Source: Marsupella aquatica (lineage: Eukaryota > Plantae > Marchantiophyta). Taken from it: DNA of 64,000 nt. This document shows, one piece after another, positions 1-11,880 of this stretch. The stretch lies in the NCBI GenBank assembly GCA_973895155.1, contig OZ316892.1, forward strand, positions 6,429,151 through 6,493,150. The letters run 5' to 3'. Each line of letters begins with the position of its first letter. Position 1 is the first letter of the stretch. Position numbers and translations under genes: made by a program. The notes beneath the pieces were generated by a model that saw only the letters and a program-made list of their open reading frames with translations, searched no databases and was not told where the DNA came from.

Positions 1-2278
1 GCCAAATTGTGCTCTGTTAACTCTGGAAACTTCAGACCACGCGTAGCAATATGTACAAGGTCCTCCTCAGGCAACCCAAGCAAATCAGCAACTCGATGAA
101 CTAACTCTTCCTTCCTCAGGTTAGAGTAGCCTCTAATACCCCGATCCTTCAACCAGTCTTTCAATTTTTTTATTTGTAACGGCTTGCAAATTAGAACGAG
201 ATGTCACAGTGTCTATGTCAATGGTAAGGGTAAATGTGACACTTGACAACTTGTCCACAAATTTCCTTACCAGATTTTTTGCCTTGTGCCATAAATCCTT
301 CTGGTTTGTAAATCCCATGTCCTTAATAATTCTATCAATGATACCTTTATCATCATGGATAACCTCTGTAATGACCACTCCTGCGTTCGTAAGAGTATCT
401 AGTACCCTTCTTGCTCCTATCTCCTCCATGTACCAAGAATTATTCTCTTCCCTTCTGCTCACAGTGGTCATCTCAAGAACCCTATTATCGTAACTATCAA
501 TGATAGAGGAAGTACCATGATACCCACTCCGAGAAGAATCCCAACGACAATCTAGATACACAACTAGTCCAGGATCTGCAAGAAAACCAAGAATATATTA
601 TGCGCGGAAAAAGTATTCTCAAAATTCATTCAATCATAGTATAATGCATACATGTCTTTCATGTTTGATCAAAACCTTTGTAACGACGATAAAAAATACA
701 ATTTTGCGGTACAAAACTTAAAAAACTGAACTAAATTATACATATATTAACTTAAATTAGTAGTTTAATTTGAAGACCTTCATGTACTGCACGTTGCTGC
801 TCAAGTCGGGTTTTTACATCCTCCCACACCTTGCTTTTGTTTACCTCCCATTGCTGCTTTACAGCATCTATCCATCCTACTTGAGGTCGTCGTCTTCCAC
901 TCTGAAAATCATGCCAATGGGTTGCAGAGGGAACATGCAAACCTAAATGCGATGTCAATGCGGCTAGAGCTGTAAATGTAAGACCAGCACATAGAGTGGA
1001 ATGATACAGCATAGGAGTAATCAATGGTGAATTCCTCCCAGACTCATTCTCACCAGTGACAAACGTCCACCCATGTCCATGTTGCCCACAACTGATCCTA
1101 ATAGACCAAACTTGTTGCAACTCACCAATACGCTCCACTGTAGGAGTCAATGCACATCCAGGTATATGACACGTAGGAAGTAGTCTCTGAACAAAAGTAT
1201 GAACTAGTTGTCGTTCAAAAAATGCTACTGTAGCCGGTCGACGAGGTGGAGACCTACGTGTAACGGGTGGATCAAAGGTAGGTGGTTCCGATTGCGAGTT
1301 TGGGACTAAGGATGGTTGTGAGGCAGATCGTTCCGGTGATTGGGAATCCAAGTTTACCACCTCCTAATTCAATACAAATATTTATATTATTAAAAGGAAT
1401 ACAAATAAAACACAAAGTGTCACAGGTGTAAAAATAGAGTGTGGTTGGAAAAACTTAATGGGTATGGATTGTAAATTGTTGCACCTCCTCCACAACCTCC
1501 TCGTGTATAGGAGCTCCTAAAGCATGAAGAACCGTTGTGTCTTCATCTCGAAACATGGCTTCATCCTCTGCATCTGATGGGTATTGCTCAACAATATGCT
1601 CCTGCAATTCCTCTTGCTCTTCCGTCAGTGCATCACTTGTTACAGACTGTTGACTCTGTAAAAAATAACCAAAGATGTAACAACATTATGGACTGGTTAT
1701 GGTTTTGGAAAATAGGACTTGCAAAAGTCCACATCAACAACCCTAAAGAAAAAATTATCCCAAAACAACACAAGCAAAACAAAGAAAAAATAATGTACCA
1801 CATAGAAATAAATTTCTTTTTACGTTGAATAAATACAGAAATAATGTAGAAGACATAACAGAATTATTTACAAACATACATCACGTAAATCCGTAAGCTG
1901 GCCCTGACTGCTGCTAGGATCCATAAAACTCGATGAAGCTCCAATGTCGGTCGCTGATGCAAGTTCATCTTGTAGCATTCTAGCAACTTGCGCTACTTGC
2001 CATCTCCTCAAATGCTCAACCCTATCTCGCACTTCATGAAACAACCACTCAATGACAGTTGAGTGTGTAGTATGTTCATCACCAAGTAAGACTCTCAATT
2101 CCTCCCAGTCATTCCACAAGTGAAGAGGGACTCGGATTGCAGGCCTTGCATCCGGTCTCCGAACCCTTTTATAGTGTATGTGATCACTAGGGTATTTTTT
2201 TCTCGGAGGGCCACCACCTTGAGGAGGGCGCTTTCGCTGGTGTGAGGGACGATGACGTGGATCATCCTCTGTACTCAT
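1..2278 (-). mobile_element. Mutator-like (MULE-type) DDE transposase gene, multi-exon, frameshifted, runs off the left edge of the window
   Basis: ORF 133-561 has LDCRWDS...G...SWYMEEIGA...IHDD...KDLWHKAKNL: two acidic catalytic positions plus a DxxH motif, as in Mutator-family transposases. Upstream exons are 752-1360 (C-x4-C...C-x2-H cluster) and 1868-2278, separated by AT-rich intron-like DNA. A frameshift at the T-run near 165-171 continues as LKDWLKDRGIRGYSNLRKEELVHRV. A homologous copy lies at 25.6-26.8 kb. Confidence 0.65.
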
Positions 2279-2919
2279 GGTGAAAAAATATAGTCTCTAC
2301 CGCATTTGACTCAAATCATCAGCTGGAAAAAAGTTGGATGTCAAACACTTAGAAGTACTAGCAAAATATCATTTAAAAACAGATAACAAACAACAATGAC
2401 CACATAGTGGTGCATTAATAATGTACAAGGTGGCTTTATGCCTCTTTATGCATGGTTCACCTCATGGCCAATGTACTCTTCTTTTCATTTTATGGGCTCC
2501 TCACAATTCTTTGTCTAAGCTCTCCTTTCATACACCGAGCACACATTCTTTGTAAACATACAGATTGTCAAAAGTAGTGGCTACTCCCTTCCTTCTAATG
2601 AACTAGTGTGCACATATTTTTTGGAAAAACACATATTGTAGAGAGCTTCCGCTACTCCCCTACCTCCTTCTTACGAGTACATATACAAGGACATATATAG
2701 TGAAACATGTACAGTAAAAAGCAAGTGACAAGCACAGACTCTTGCACCTCCGTTTGACTCCCGCGCCTCTGTTCGACTCTCACACCGTACCGCCTCTACT
2801 TCGCACCTCCTCACCTCGCCTCTCTTTCCTTCGGGGCTGCGACGACGAGCCCCTCCTCTACCTTGCCTTCATCTTCATGCACGCCACAATTTGCAAAAGC
2901 AACAGCGCTTGTTCTACGG

Positions 2920-3423
2920 TGCCGACAAAGTTTGATCCTAGGCCCTCCCGGCTGCGAGTGAGTGACATAACCAATAGAGCCGTCCAGGCTGTTCGATTGT
3001 TAGTAAACATGAAATAATATTTGAACAGGATCTAATTCATAAGTCCTTCATTAGGAGCGGGTAGCCTCGGCACTCCGCTCGCCATGTGTCCAGGTAATAT
3101 TCGTCGGCCCTAACTGCCCTCCCCTACCTCGTCACTCTTTCCTTCCAGGCGCTGCAACAATGCACCCCGCCCCCCATATTTAGAGTTCATCAAAAGGCCA
3201 AGCGTGACCTCCGGCGTCGACGAGGTTTGATCCCTGGACCTCCTGGGTGCAAGTGAGAGTGTGTTACCAGCAGAGCCGTCCAGGCTGTTCGAGTGTGAAT
3301 GCAAACAAAAGCGTATATGAACATAAGGGAGATCCTCAGTAGGCCTGCGTTGGCTTAGGATTGCCTCGGCCCTCTGTCCGCCATGTGTGGCTGCTATGGC
3401 TCATCATCCCCAACCTGCCCTCC
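2920..3423. repeat. Diverged direct repeat, two copies about 296 bp apart
   Basis: Blocks gtttgatcc...agagccgtccaggctgttcga...gcctcggc...cgccatgtgt...ctgccctcc occur at about 2920-3121 and about 3216-3423. Confidence 0.75.
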
Positions 3424-4309
3424 GTCGGGCTAATCTAAGAGCCCATCTTCTTTCCTGCCATGTGTAGGGTCAAAAGGGGAGAGGTTTGAACACACGACCT
3501 CCTCATTGGCAAGGAACAACACTACCAATGGAACAGCTCAACGTCATGCCTGAAGTGTCGGCACCAACTGGTAATAAACAAGTTTCAAAATGTAGTGACC
3601 CGGTAAGCCAGCCTGGCAGTCGCGACTGTCTAGCCGGGCTGCCCGAGGGCAATTCTGCCCGTGTGCCTTGCTTCTCCGTACATTACTCGCGTATCACTAC
3701 TTTGTTCTGTGTATAATGAGGGGCTACGGGTTACCCATAGCCTCTTATACTGGCAGCTGTGGTTTAACTGGCAAGTTCTCATCCCACCTTGTGTACACAC
3801 AAGTTTTCACAACTTGTTGTTTAGATTCAAGCGACAGGGGGCTTTATACACTTTCCGGTTTGCTTAGAGCCTTGTTTCGGGCCAAATCAGAGGCTCTTTA
3901 GAGGTTTTTGATAGTTCTAAGTTCATCTAAATACACAGATTGAACCAATTGTGCATGGTTTCTCATCTATAACATTGGGACATCATGAAGCCTATTATGA
4001 AGGCCTTTCATTGAATATTATGAATATTTGTTTGATCAATGTATGATCACTCTTGGTGTGGAGAGTTAGTGTTTGACTATTCTTGTTGATTGGATCCTCT
4101 CCACACTTGTTTCCTGTTTATGCGCCATGTTGGTTCGGTGTGGGCGCTTGATTCCATAGGAGTGATCCAGGTTTGCAACTGGACATTCTAGTGTGCTGTG
4201 TATTTCTCTCCTGGTGATGTTGGAGTGATGCCCAACACACCATGGTGAGTGCTTGTGGTGCTGACAGGGATAGATTGCCCTTAGGGTTAGCACATAGATT
4301 AGGTTAGGG

Positions 4310-6202
4310 TTGGTCACCACGGATTCTTCTGGTGCTGCTGGATTACCCGATGGACGACGGACCGGTTTCACTCGGAGTGGGGCACAGTTTCGGCCATCGG
4401 CATTGGTAGCAATCAGCAGTGTAGCTTCAGATAGTGATTCTGATGAGGACTCAGTGACCAATTCTCCTCATCATCAGGTGGTTGCACCTTTGTTGTGGGA
4501 TATGGACGAGATGTACGGGGCTACAAAGGGCCCACGACGATACTCTGGTGCAATTGGCACAATTGATCTGGATGACTTCATCCAGGAGTTTGATACGTGG
4601 TGCGATATGCAGACATTGCGTAACGTCACGTTGTTTACCCTTTTCATGGCATGGAAGGGATTATTCCAACATTTGGAGGGGCCACCCATGGATGACTACC
4701 ATGAATTTTGGAAGGCTCATTTGGTTGAGATTGAGGCATGGAGGCAGCATTGGTCGCCTAATTACGTGTCCATCACCTATGGCACTAGTGCGGCTGCCCA
4801 ACCCATTGCCATAGCTGTTGCTTCTTCTAGCAGCACTAGCCAGAGTGGCACACCATCCACCAGCAGCACTCCAGTAGCATCCACCGCTACTCCTGCCGGT
4901 GTGATTGTGACAAGAACTGGAGTTGCGCCAGTATTTAACCCTGTGGTGGAATTCTTTGAGGTACTGAAGCAGAACTATCAGGGTGTGAGAACTGATAAGT
5001 TGAAGGGTCTTCAGGAGTTCCAACGCAAGATTGGAGAGAGCCTACGTGAGGCATACACACGTATGCGCAGATTGATCACTGTCACCTAGGGAGTGACAGA
5101 GGCTCAGGCAGTCCAGTTTTGGTATGCAATTCTGGACAAAGAATTGCGACGTAGAGTAAGAGATGTCACTTTGCTTAGGGATGCAGATCCCACATTAGCA
5201 GTTGTTTTTACACTTTCTGAGCGCATTGAGCTCAATATGGTGAATGAGAAGGTGGTGACTTCCGGATTTGCCAAGGAAGCACCAAAGGCTGCATCCACAT
5301 CCACACTACAACCTACTGCACAAGAGTCTACCAGCCAGAGACATGTGCCCTCTTATGCTGGACAACAGTCAGGATGTTGGACCTGTGGTGGGGATCATGC
5401 ACAGAGAGATTGTCCAGATCATAGAGGATCAGGGGGAGCATCAGCGCCTGATCAACGACAGTGTGATCATTGTGGAGCTCCTGGACACACCAAGGATAGG
5501 TGTTTCTCACTCCATCCTGAGTTACGGAGAGGAGAATCCCGTACACATGATCAGGGAAGAGGAGGAGGAGGTAGAGGTGGTGGACGTGGTCGTGGCATGC
5601 CACATGCAGGGAGACAGGGAGGTGACGCTGCCCCTACTGTAACCATAGATCCAAAGGATGCTAAGATTGCTCAATTGGAGCAACAACTAGCTGCCATGGC
5701 TAGTTCCCAGGTGAGACCTACTTCTGGTGATGGGGCATCAACATCCTATGGACCTTCCACATCCCATGGTCCTTCCACATCTTATGGAGCTGATGGAGAC
5801 CTTGTCACCATGGGACTCATGTGTGGCACTGCACATATTGATGCATCAACAGCTTTGACACGTGGGGCAGCCAAAGCTCTTGAGCCCCGAGGAGCAGTAG
5901 TGGAGTTAGATCCACAAAGGGGGGATGCACGTCGGTAGACAAAGCTTCCTCAGTCTTTTACATTGTCAGAGATAGTTCAGACTGCCTCTATGAACCCGGT
6001 TCGGACAAACCCTGATGTGGGTAAGTTGGCAGAATCACGTAGTGATGTAGCAGGGATGACAGGTACCTTGCTGGGGGCGGCTACTGCCATGGTACGTGCC
6101 CCATTATTTTCAGTGATAGACATGCTGAACTTGGGAGTTGGTCCTGCAGAAGTGTTCAGATTGGCAGCTACACTCTGTGAGGACACTCCAGTGGTTGCTT
6201 CC
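4310..6202 (+). pseudogene. gag: Gypsy Gag with two zinc knuckles and an RGG tract; in-frame stops
   Basis: ORFs 4310-5089, 5093-5938 and 5963-6202 share one frame, broken by TAG at 5087 and 5936. Capsid-like FQRKIGESLREAYTRM, knuckles CWTCGGDHAQRDC and CDHCGAPGHTKDRC, and GRGGGGRGGGRGRG. Confidence 0.85.
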
Positions 6203-6530
6203 TGTTGAACTAAGACGTCATTCGCAACGACCATACAACCATGACTCATTCCATGCACACGTAACACAATCTCTACGTGGTTCACCTCCTCTCCAAGGCT
6301 ACGTCCACACGAACACTCAAGCTTTACTTCAAGAGTAGACGAACACACATGCTCTCCCCCTTTCTCAAGTTGCTCCGTTACAATGAGTAAGCACCACACA
6401 CCAGCGGCTTACACTAGCCCTGGTATATACAAGGTCACACACGACTAAACTAACCTCAACTAAGACCCTAACTGTGGTTAGCCTAAGTGCCATAACCTTT
6501 GAGTCACAAGACTAAGAGCAATCCTTAACA
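6203..6530 (-). repeat. 3' LTR of Copia-1 (328 bp)
   Basis: tgttgaactaag...atccttaaca. By eye it differs from 12759-13090 by about 3 substitutions and a 4-bp indel. Confidence 0.97.
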
Positions 6531-6543
6531 AACTCCCCCTTGA
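6531..6543 (-). other. Polypurine tract of Copia-1
   Basis: Minus strand reads TCAAGGGGGAGTT immediately before the 3' LTR. Confidence 0.85.
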
Positions 6544-6734
6544 CTCTAGTCTTGGGGACTGCAATTTCTGCTATCCATATGAGATCCTCAACGGGAAATT
6601 CTAGACAATCACCTAAAACCATAGGTGTCCCCCTAAAAACCATTTAAGGTTAACTAAGAGTTAACTAGAATTAAGCCGTAGCCATAACAGGATTGAGTAA
6701 CTCATATACAAAAATCACATCTTGTTAAGTTACT

Positions 6735-9700
6735 CTACTTGTGCTGCAAATGCAAAACCTGCAAAGTAGCACGGTGTCTTGAGTAACTCTCCAAAGGAAT
6801 CACTTTGGTAAAAGCATCAGCCGGGTTGAGTTTTCCATCAATCTTGACTAGCTCAAACATTTTATCAGACACTGCTTGCCTAATAAAATGGTACCTGATG
6901 TCAATGTGCTTCACCCTGCTATCCATCACTTGGTTAATAGCTAGGTGAAGCGCACTCTGGCTGTCACAATGAAGAGCCATTTTTCCATGCTCCAATCCCA
7001 TCTCAGTGACCAGCTTATCCAACCAAATTGCTTCCTTTGCTGCTTCTGCTGCTGCAACATATTCTGCTTCTGTAGTAGACTGAGATACACACTTTTGCAA
7101 GGTAGATCTCCAACTTATGCATCCTCCTCCAAGAGTAAACACATACCCAGTCGTTGACCTCCTTGTTTCCAGACAGCCTCCGTAGTCAGAATCTACATAG
7201 CCAACCAAAGATTTGGTTTTGTTTGATCTACTATCAAACAACAGACCATAGTCTATTGTGCCCTTAAGATACCTGAGAATCCATTTCACAGCCTCCCAAT
7301 GTACCTTCCCTGGATTTGACATGAATCTACTCACTTTGCCCATTGCTAGGGCTAGATCAGGCCTGGTACATGTCATCAAATACATTAGACTGCCCACTAC
7401 CTTCTCATAAGGAACCTTAGTCATCAAGCCTCTCTCCACTGGATCCGTGGGGCAGAAAGCCGATGATAACTTGAAATGTGGAGCCAAATGAATACTTACT
7501 GGCTTACAATTTTCCATGTTGAATCTTGCAAGTACCTTTTTAGCATACTTGCCTTGATTCAGCCACAATTGTCCAGTTTCAAAGTTCCTCGTAATCTCCA
7601 TACCTAAGATCCTCTTGGCTTTCCCAAGATCCTTCATTCGGAATTCAAAACTCAATTTTGCTTTGAGTTTGTCAACCTCAGTTTGATCCTTAGCCGCAAT
7701 CAACATGTCATCCACATAGAGCACTAGAATGAGCAAACCAAACACACTATTCTTGACTGATTTCGTATACACACAAGGGTCATACACCATCCTAGTGAAT
7801 CCTTGTGCAAGCATGAAATCATCAAACCGCTTGTTCCACTGTCGAGGAGCTTGCTTCAATCCATACAAGGACTTAAGTAACCTGCAAACTAAACTCTCTT
7901 GACCCTTCTTCACAAAGCCCAGTGGTTGCCTCATGAAAATTTGTTCCTCCAAGGTGTCATAGAGAAAAGCAGTAACAACATCCATTTGATCTAACACCAG
8001 ATCAAAAAACATAACAAGTTGACACAAAATTCTTATCGTGGAATACTTGGCAACTGGAGAGAAGACCTCATTGTAATCCACTCCCTTCTCCTGAGTGAAT
8101 CCTTTGGCAACAAGCCTTGCCTTGTATATCTTGTCTCCTCCATTTGAGAGTTGTCCTTCAGCTTGTAAATCCACTTGCTATCCACCACTTGTTGATCACT
8201 TGGCAGTTGCACCAGCTCCCATGTTTTGTTATCACATAAAGATTGCAACTCCCTCTGCATTGCTGCATTCCATTCATCTTTCTCGTCTGAAATGCTTGCC
8301 TCATGATATGAAGACGGTTCTCCTTCTTCCAAGATCAGTGCTCTGTCATCATCATCCGGTGCAATGTCAGCATCATCTAACCTTGATGAATCTGTCCATT
8401 GTCCATACCTTGTAGGAGCTCGAGTAGTTCACCTTGATTTTCTAGCTAATGATTCTGGTTGATCTTGTTCCGTTGGTTGATTTTGAGGTATTCCAACAAC
8501 AACCTGCTCTTCTTGTTCCATCATCGGAACCAGCTCCATTATCGGAGCACCTTCTTCAACTATGTCATAAAAACCCTCATGACCAATCTTCCCCTCAACA
8601 TGGTCCAGGATAGGAGATTTACCTTTGTCAGTACGGGAAGTCTGTGCATTCTCCCCCTCCTTTGATGATCTGGATTCATTAAAGGATACATCTCTACTGA
8701 CAAGCAATGTACAAGCTGCTGGATCCCATAGCCTGTAACCTTTCACACCTGGTTGATAACCAAGAAAAAGACACTTCTTGGAAGTAGAATCTAGTTTAGA
8801 TCGATTTTGCTTAGGTGTGAGAGCATATGCATCACTTCCAAAGACTCTCAAAACTTGATAGTCTGCGTGCCGTCCATACCTCATTTCAAACGGCATCTTG
8901 AAATTGATTGCACTTGAAGGAGAAAGATTTACCAAATAAGTTGCCGTATTTACAACTTCAGCCCAAAATTCATGCGGTAAACCTGATTGGCTCAACATAC
9001 TCCTCGATGGCTCCAATAGTGTTCGGTTTAGCCGCTCACAAACACCATTTTGTTGAGGAGTATAAACTGTTGTGAGATGACGAGTAATCCCTTGCTCTGC
9101 ACAGTACAGTTCAAATTCACTTGAACTGTACTCCCCGCCATTATCTGATCGTAGATATCTCACCTTGGATCCAGTTTGATTCTCAATTTGGGCTTTCCAC
9201 TTCTTAAAAGTGTCAAAAACTTCAGACTTTGCGTGTAGAAATGTGATCCACACATACCGTGAGTAATCATCAATAAACGTGACATAGTACAATTTTCCAA
9301 AAAATGAGGGAGTTGGGGCTGGACCCCACACATCACTATGTACATACTCAAGTATAGCTTTGGTATTGTGAGTTCCAACACCAAAGGTTCTCCTGTGCTG
9401 CTTCCCAAGCACACAGTGTTCACAAAAATCTAACTTAGTAGATTCTAAATTAGAAAGAAGTCCTTTCCTACGAAGTACCGCCAAACCTTTTTCACTCATG
9501 TGTCCCAATCTATAGTGCCACAACTGAGTCATCTCGCCTTGAGATCTAGTTACATTGGTTTCTTCACGAATCACGTTGCCCTCCAACAAGTATAGATTCC
9601 TGTGCCGCTTACCCTTCATGACAACCTTGCTTCCGGTTGACACTTGAAGAATACCATCAGCAGAATTCCACCAACATCCATTTGCTTCCAGCATTCCAAG

Positions 9701-9961
9701 AGAAATCAAGTTCTTTTTCATGTCAGGTATGTGTCTGACATTACTCACTGTTCGCACAGCTCCATCAAACATCCGAATTTTCACAGATCCAATTCCAACA
9801 ATTTGACAAGGATGATCATTCCCCATCAACACGGAACCGGTTGATATTGAGTAAGAACTAAAAAACTCTTTCATACAACAAATATGATAGGTACAGGCAC
9901 AATCTAGAATCCATTCATCACCGTTGTTACTGGATGAAATGCAAAGGGCAACATCTTGACT
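6735..9961 (-). pseudogene. pol: Copia-1 Pol (protease, integrase, RT, RNase H) with one nonsense mutation and one frameshift
   Basis: PR: WILDCACTYH. IN: WHYRLGH...CEHC, VHSDVWGP, LRSDNGGEY, QQNGVCER. RT: YKARLVAKGF, LYGLKQAPRQW, LYVDDML. RH: GYVDSDY, STTEAEY, KHIDIRYHF. In-frame TGA at 8429-8431 and a frameshift near 8145. Confidence 0.93.
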
Positions 9962-10888
9962 TCACAAGATTTCATCATCAAGCAAGTCAATCATATCAAT
10001 ATCAGTGGCTGCGTTCACTGATGGTTGATGAGTCTGCTTGACTCGACAGTCTCTTTTCATGTGGCCGGGCTTGTTACATTTCCAGCATATAATTGGTTTC
10101 CTTTCTAGAGATTTCTCTCTAGATCTGGATCTAGACTTAGACCGAGCCTTCTCCTTGCCTCTGTTCCGTGAGGGGTATGATTGTGAAAATGACATGTTTT
10201 CACTAGTCATCCGCTGTTGAGTCCTCTCGCGGTTCACATTCAACACACTGCTAGATGAAGATGGTGTCTGGGTATGACCCAATTTCTTCTGTGCATCATC
10301 TGACAGCAAAGAGCTTACCACCTCATCATATGAAATGGTTTTGAGGTCTCTATACAAGAGAACCTGCTTCAAACCTTGATACGATGGGGGTAAGGAGTTG
10401 AGAAGAAGCAATGCCTTATCTTCATCTTCCATTCCCTTGCCAAGATTTGACAAATCTACAGCTAGACTATCAAATTCATCCAAGTGATCTCGAAGCTTGC
10501 CTCCTTCTTTTAGCCTCAAGCTCATCAAGAGAGATTTCTTGTACAACCGATCTGAGGCATCCTCGCGGTAGTACATCTCTCTGAGGGCCTTGAATAAGGA
10601 TACGCAATCCTCGTAATCGTCTAGCTTCTTAATGATATGCGGCTTCAGATACAACATAACCGTATTCACAGCGATCACTTGCTCCTGCCTCCATTTCCTC
10701 AACGGGATCTCCTCCTCACTGCTAGACTCCTCCCGAGTCGAAAGCAGATGATCTAGGCCCATAGCACGAAGAATTTCCTTAACCTGTTTCTCCCATAGCA
10801 AATAATCCGTGCGCCCATCATACTTTTCCACCTCAAACTTGACACCTCCAAACTTGGATGCCATCGTTGTCCTCCCGACGTTCTCCAC
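9962..10888 (-). CDS. gag: Copia-1 Gag (probable ATG at 10864)
   Basis: KFEVEKYDGRTDYLLWEKQVK, LLLLNSLPPSY and zinc knuckle CWKCNKPGHMKRDC. Ends in a TGA that is in frame with pol. Confidence 0.9.
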   Translation of the reverse strand: MENVGRTTMASKFGGVKFEVEKYDGRTDYLLWEKQVKEILRAMGLDHLLSTREESSSEEEIPLRKWRQEQVIAVNTVMLYLKPHIIKKLDDYEDCVSLFKALREMYYREDASDRLYKKSLLMSLRLKEGGKLRDHLDEFDSLAVDLSNLGKGMEDEDKALLLLNSLPPSYQGLKQVLLYRDLKTISYDEVVSSLLSDDAQKKLGHTQTPSSSSSVLNVNRERTQQRMTSENMSFSQSYPSRNRGKEKARSKSRSRSREKSLERKPIICWKCNKPGHMKRDCRVKQTHQPSVNAATDIDMIDLLDDEIL

Positions 10889-11574
10889 ATGCTATTTCTC
10901 TGTTGCTCCCTATATCCTTTTGTCGCTTTTTCCTTCCTTCCGTCCCGTTGACTCAAATCCAAATCATGAAAAAATGTCATTTTTCACAACTTTCCAAAAA
11001 ACTTGAAACTTGTCACTGCCACGTAGCCCACCAGCCTAGCAAGCCAATGCTGAAATCCAAAATCGAAACCGAGTTCCAACGAAAAACTTTTTCACGTTTT
11101 GATCGGGGTGGGTAAAACTCAAAAAATTCTCCCCCGTTTTGACCACCTCGGGGAATAAAAAAAATTCCAAGTACCACCCGTCGTTGAAAATGAAAATCGA
11201 GTGGTGCACCGCGTTGCTAGCTTCAGTGGCTACGTCCTCGCCAAAAAAAATCCGAAAAAAGTTACCGTTCGGACCTTGGAATCTTCGACTAAAGGCCAAA
11301 AAACAGCTCTCTGTTTTTTTGGAATATTCCCCGGACTGTGCGGCAGGTCGCACAGGGGGCTGTTCCCCCTGTCTGAGCGGTTAAATTGTCGGGTCACCGG
11401 GCCCGGGATGCCGCTTAGCCAATGGGAGAAAGAGGAGAAAAAGGAAAAAATTGCCCTAAAAAGGGGTTGAATCCCTTTTCAAAAAATACAGTGTATTAAG
11501 GGCCAGGGATACGCTGGTACGCGGACGGGATACTACGCATATACATATGTGGGTGGGAGGTGGGGTACTCTGCC

Positions 11575-11880
11575 TTAATGGCTCATAGGGCAGCGTGCCC
11601 TCCTGGCCTGGCTCCCCCTCTTTAATTGCCTCACAAGGCCCTATGCAAGGGCACAAGGCCCTATGGTGGAGGGGAGGCGTGCAGAAAAGAGGAGAGGGGA
11701 GGGAGTTAATAAATAGGGCACAAGGCCCTATGTGGCTTTAATGAGGGGGGAAGGGGAGGGGAATGTCCAGGGCACAAGGCCCTATGTAGCTTTAATGAGG
11801 AGGTGGGAGGAGGGCTAGCGTAAGGGGGGAAGGGGGGTATGTCCAGGGCACAAGGCCCTATGTGACTTTTATGAAGGGGG
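11575..11880. repeat. G-rich array with five copies of (GGG)CACAAGGCCCTATG in the Copia-1 leader
   Basis: Motif at about 11632, 11649, 11716, 11770 and 11845, separated by GGGGGA/GGGAGG tracts. Confidence 0.8.

Noticed and set aside
3591-4266. TG...CA segment as the 5' LTR of the Gypsy element
   Set aside because: It does not match the sequence after the PPT at 18466 and no PBS follows it.
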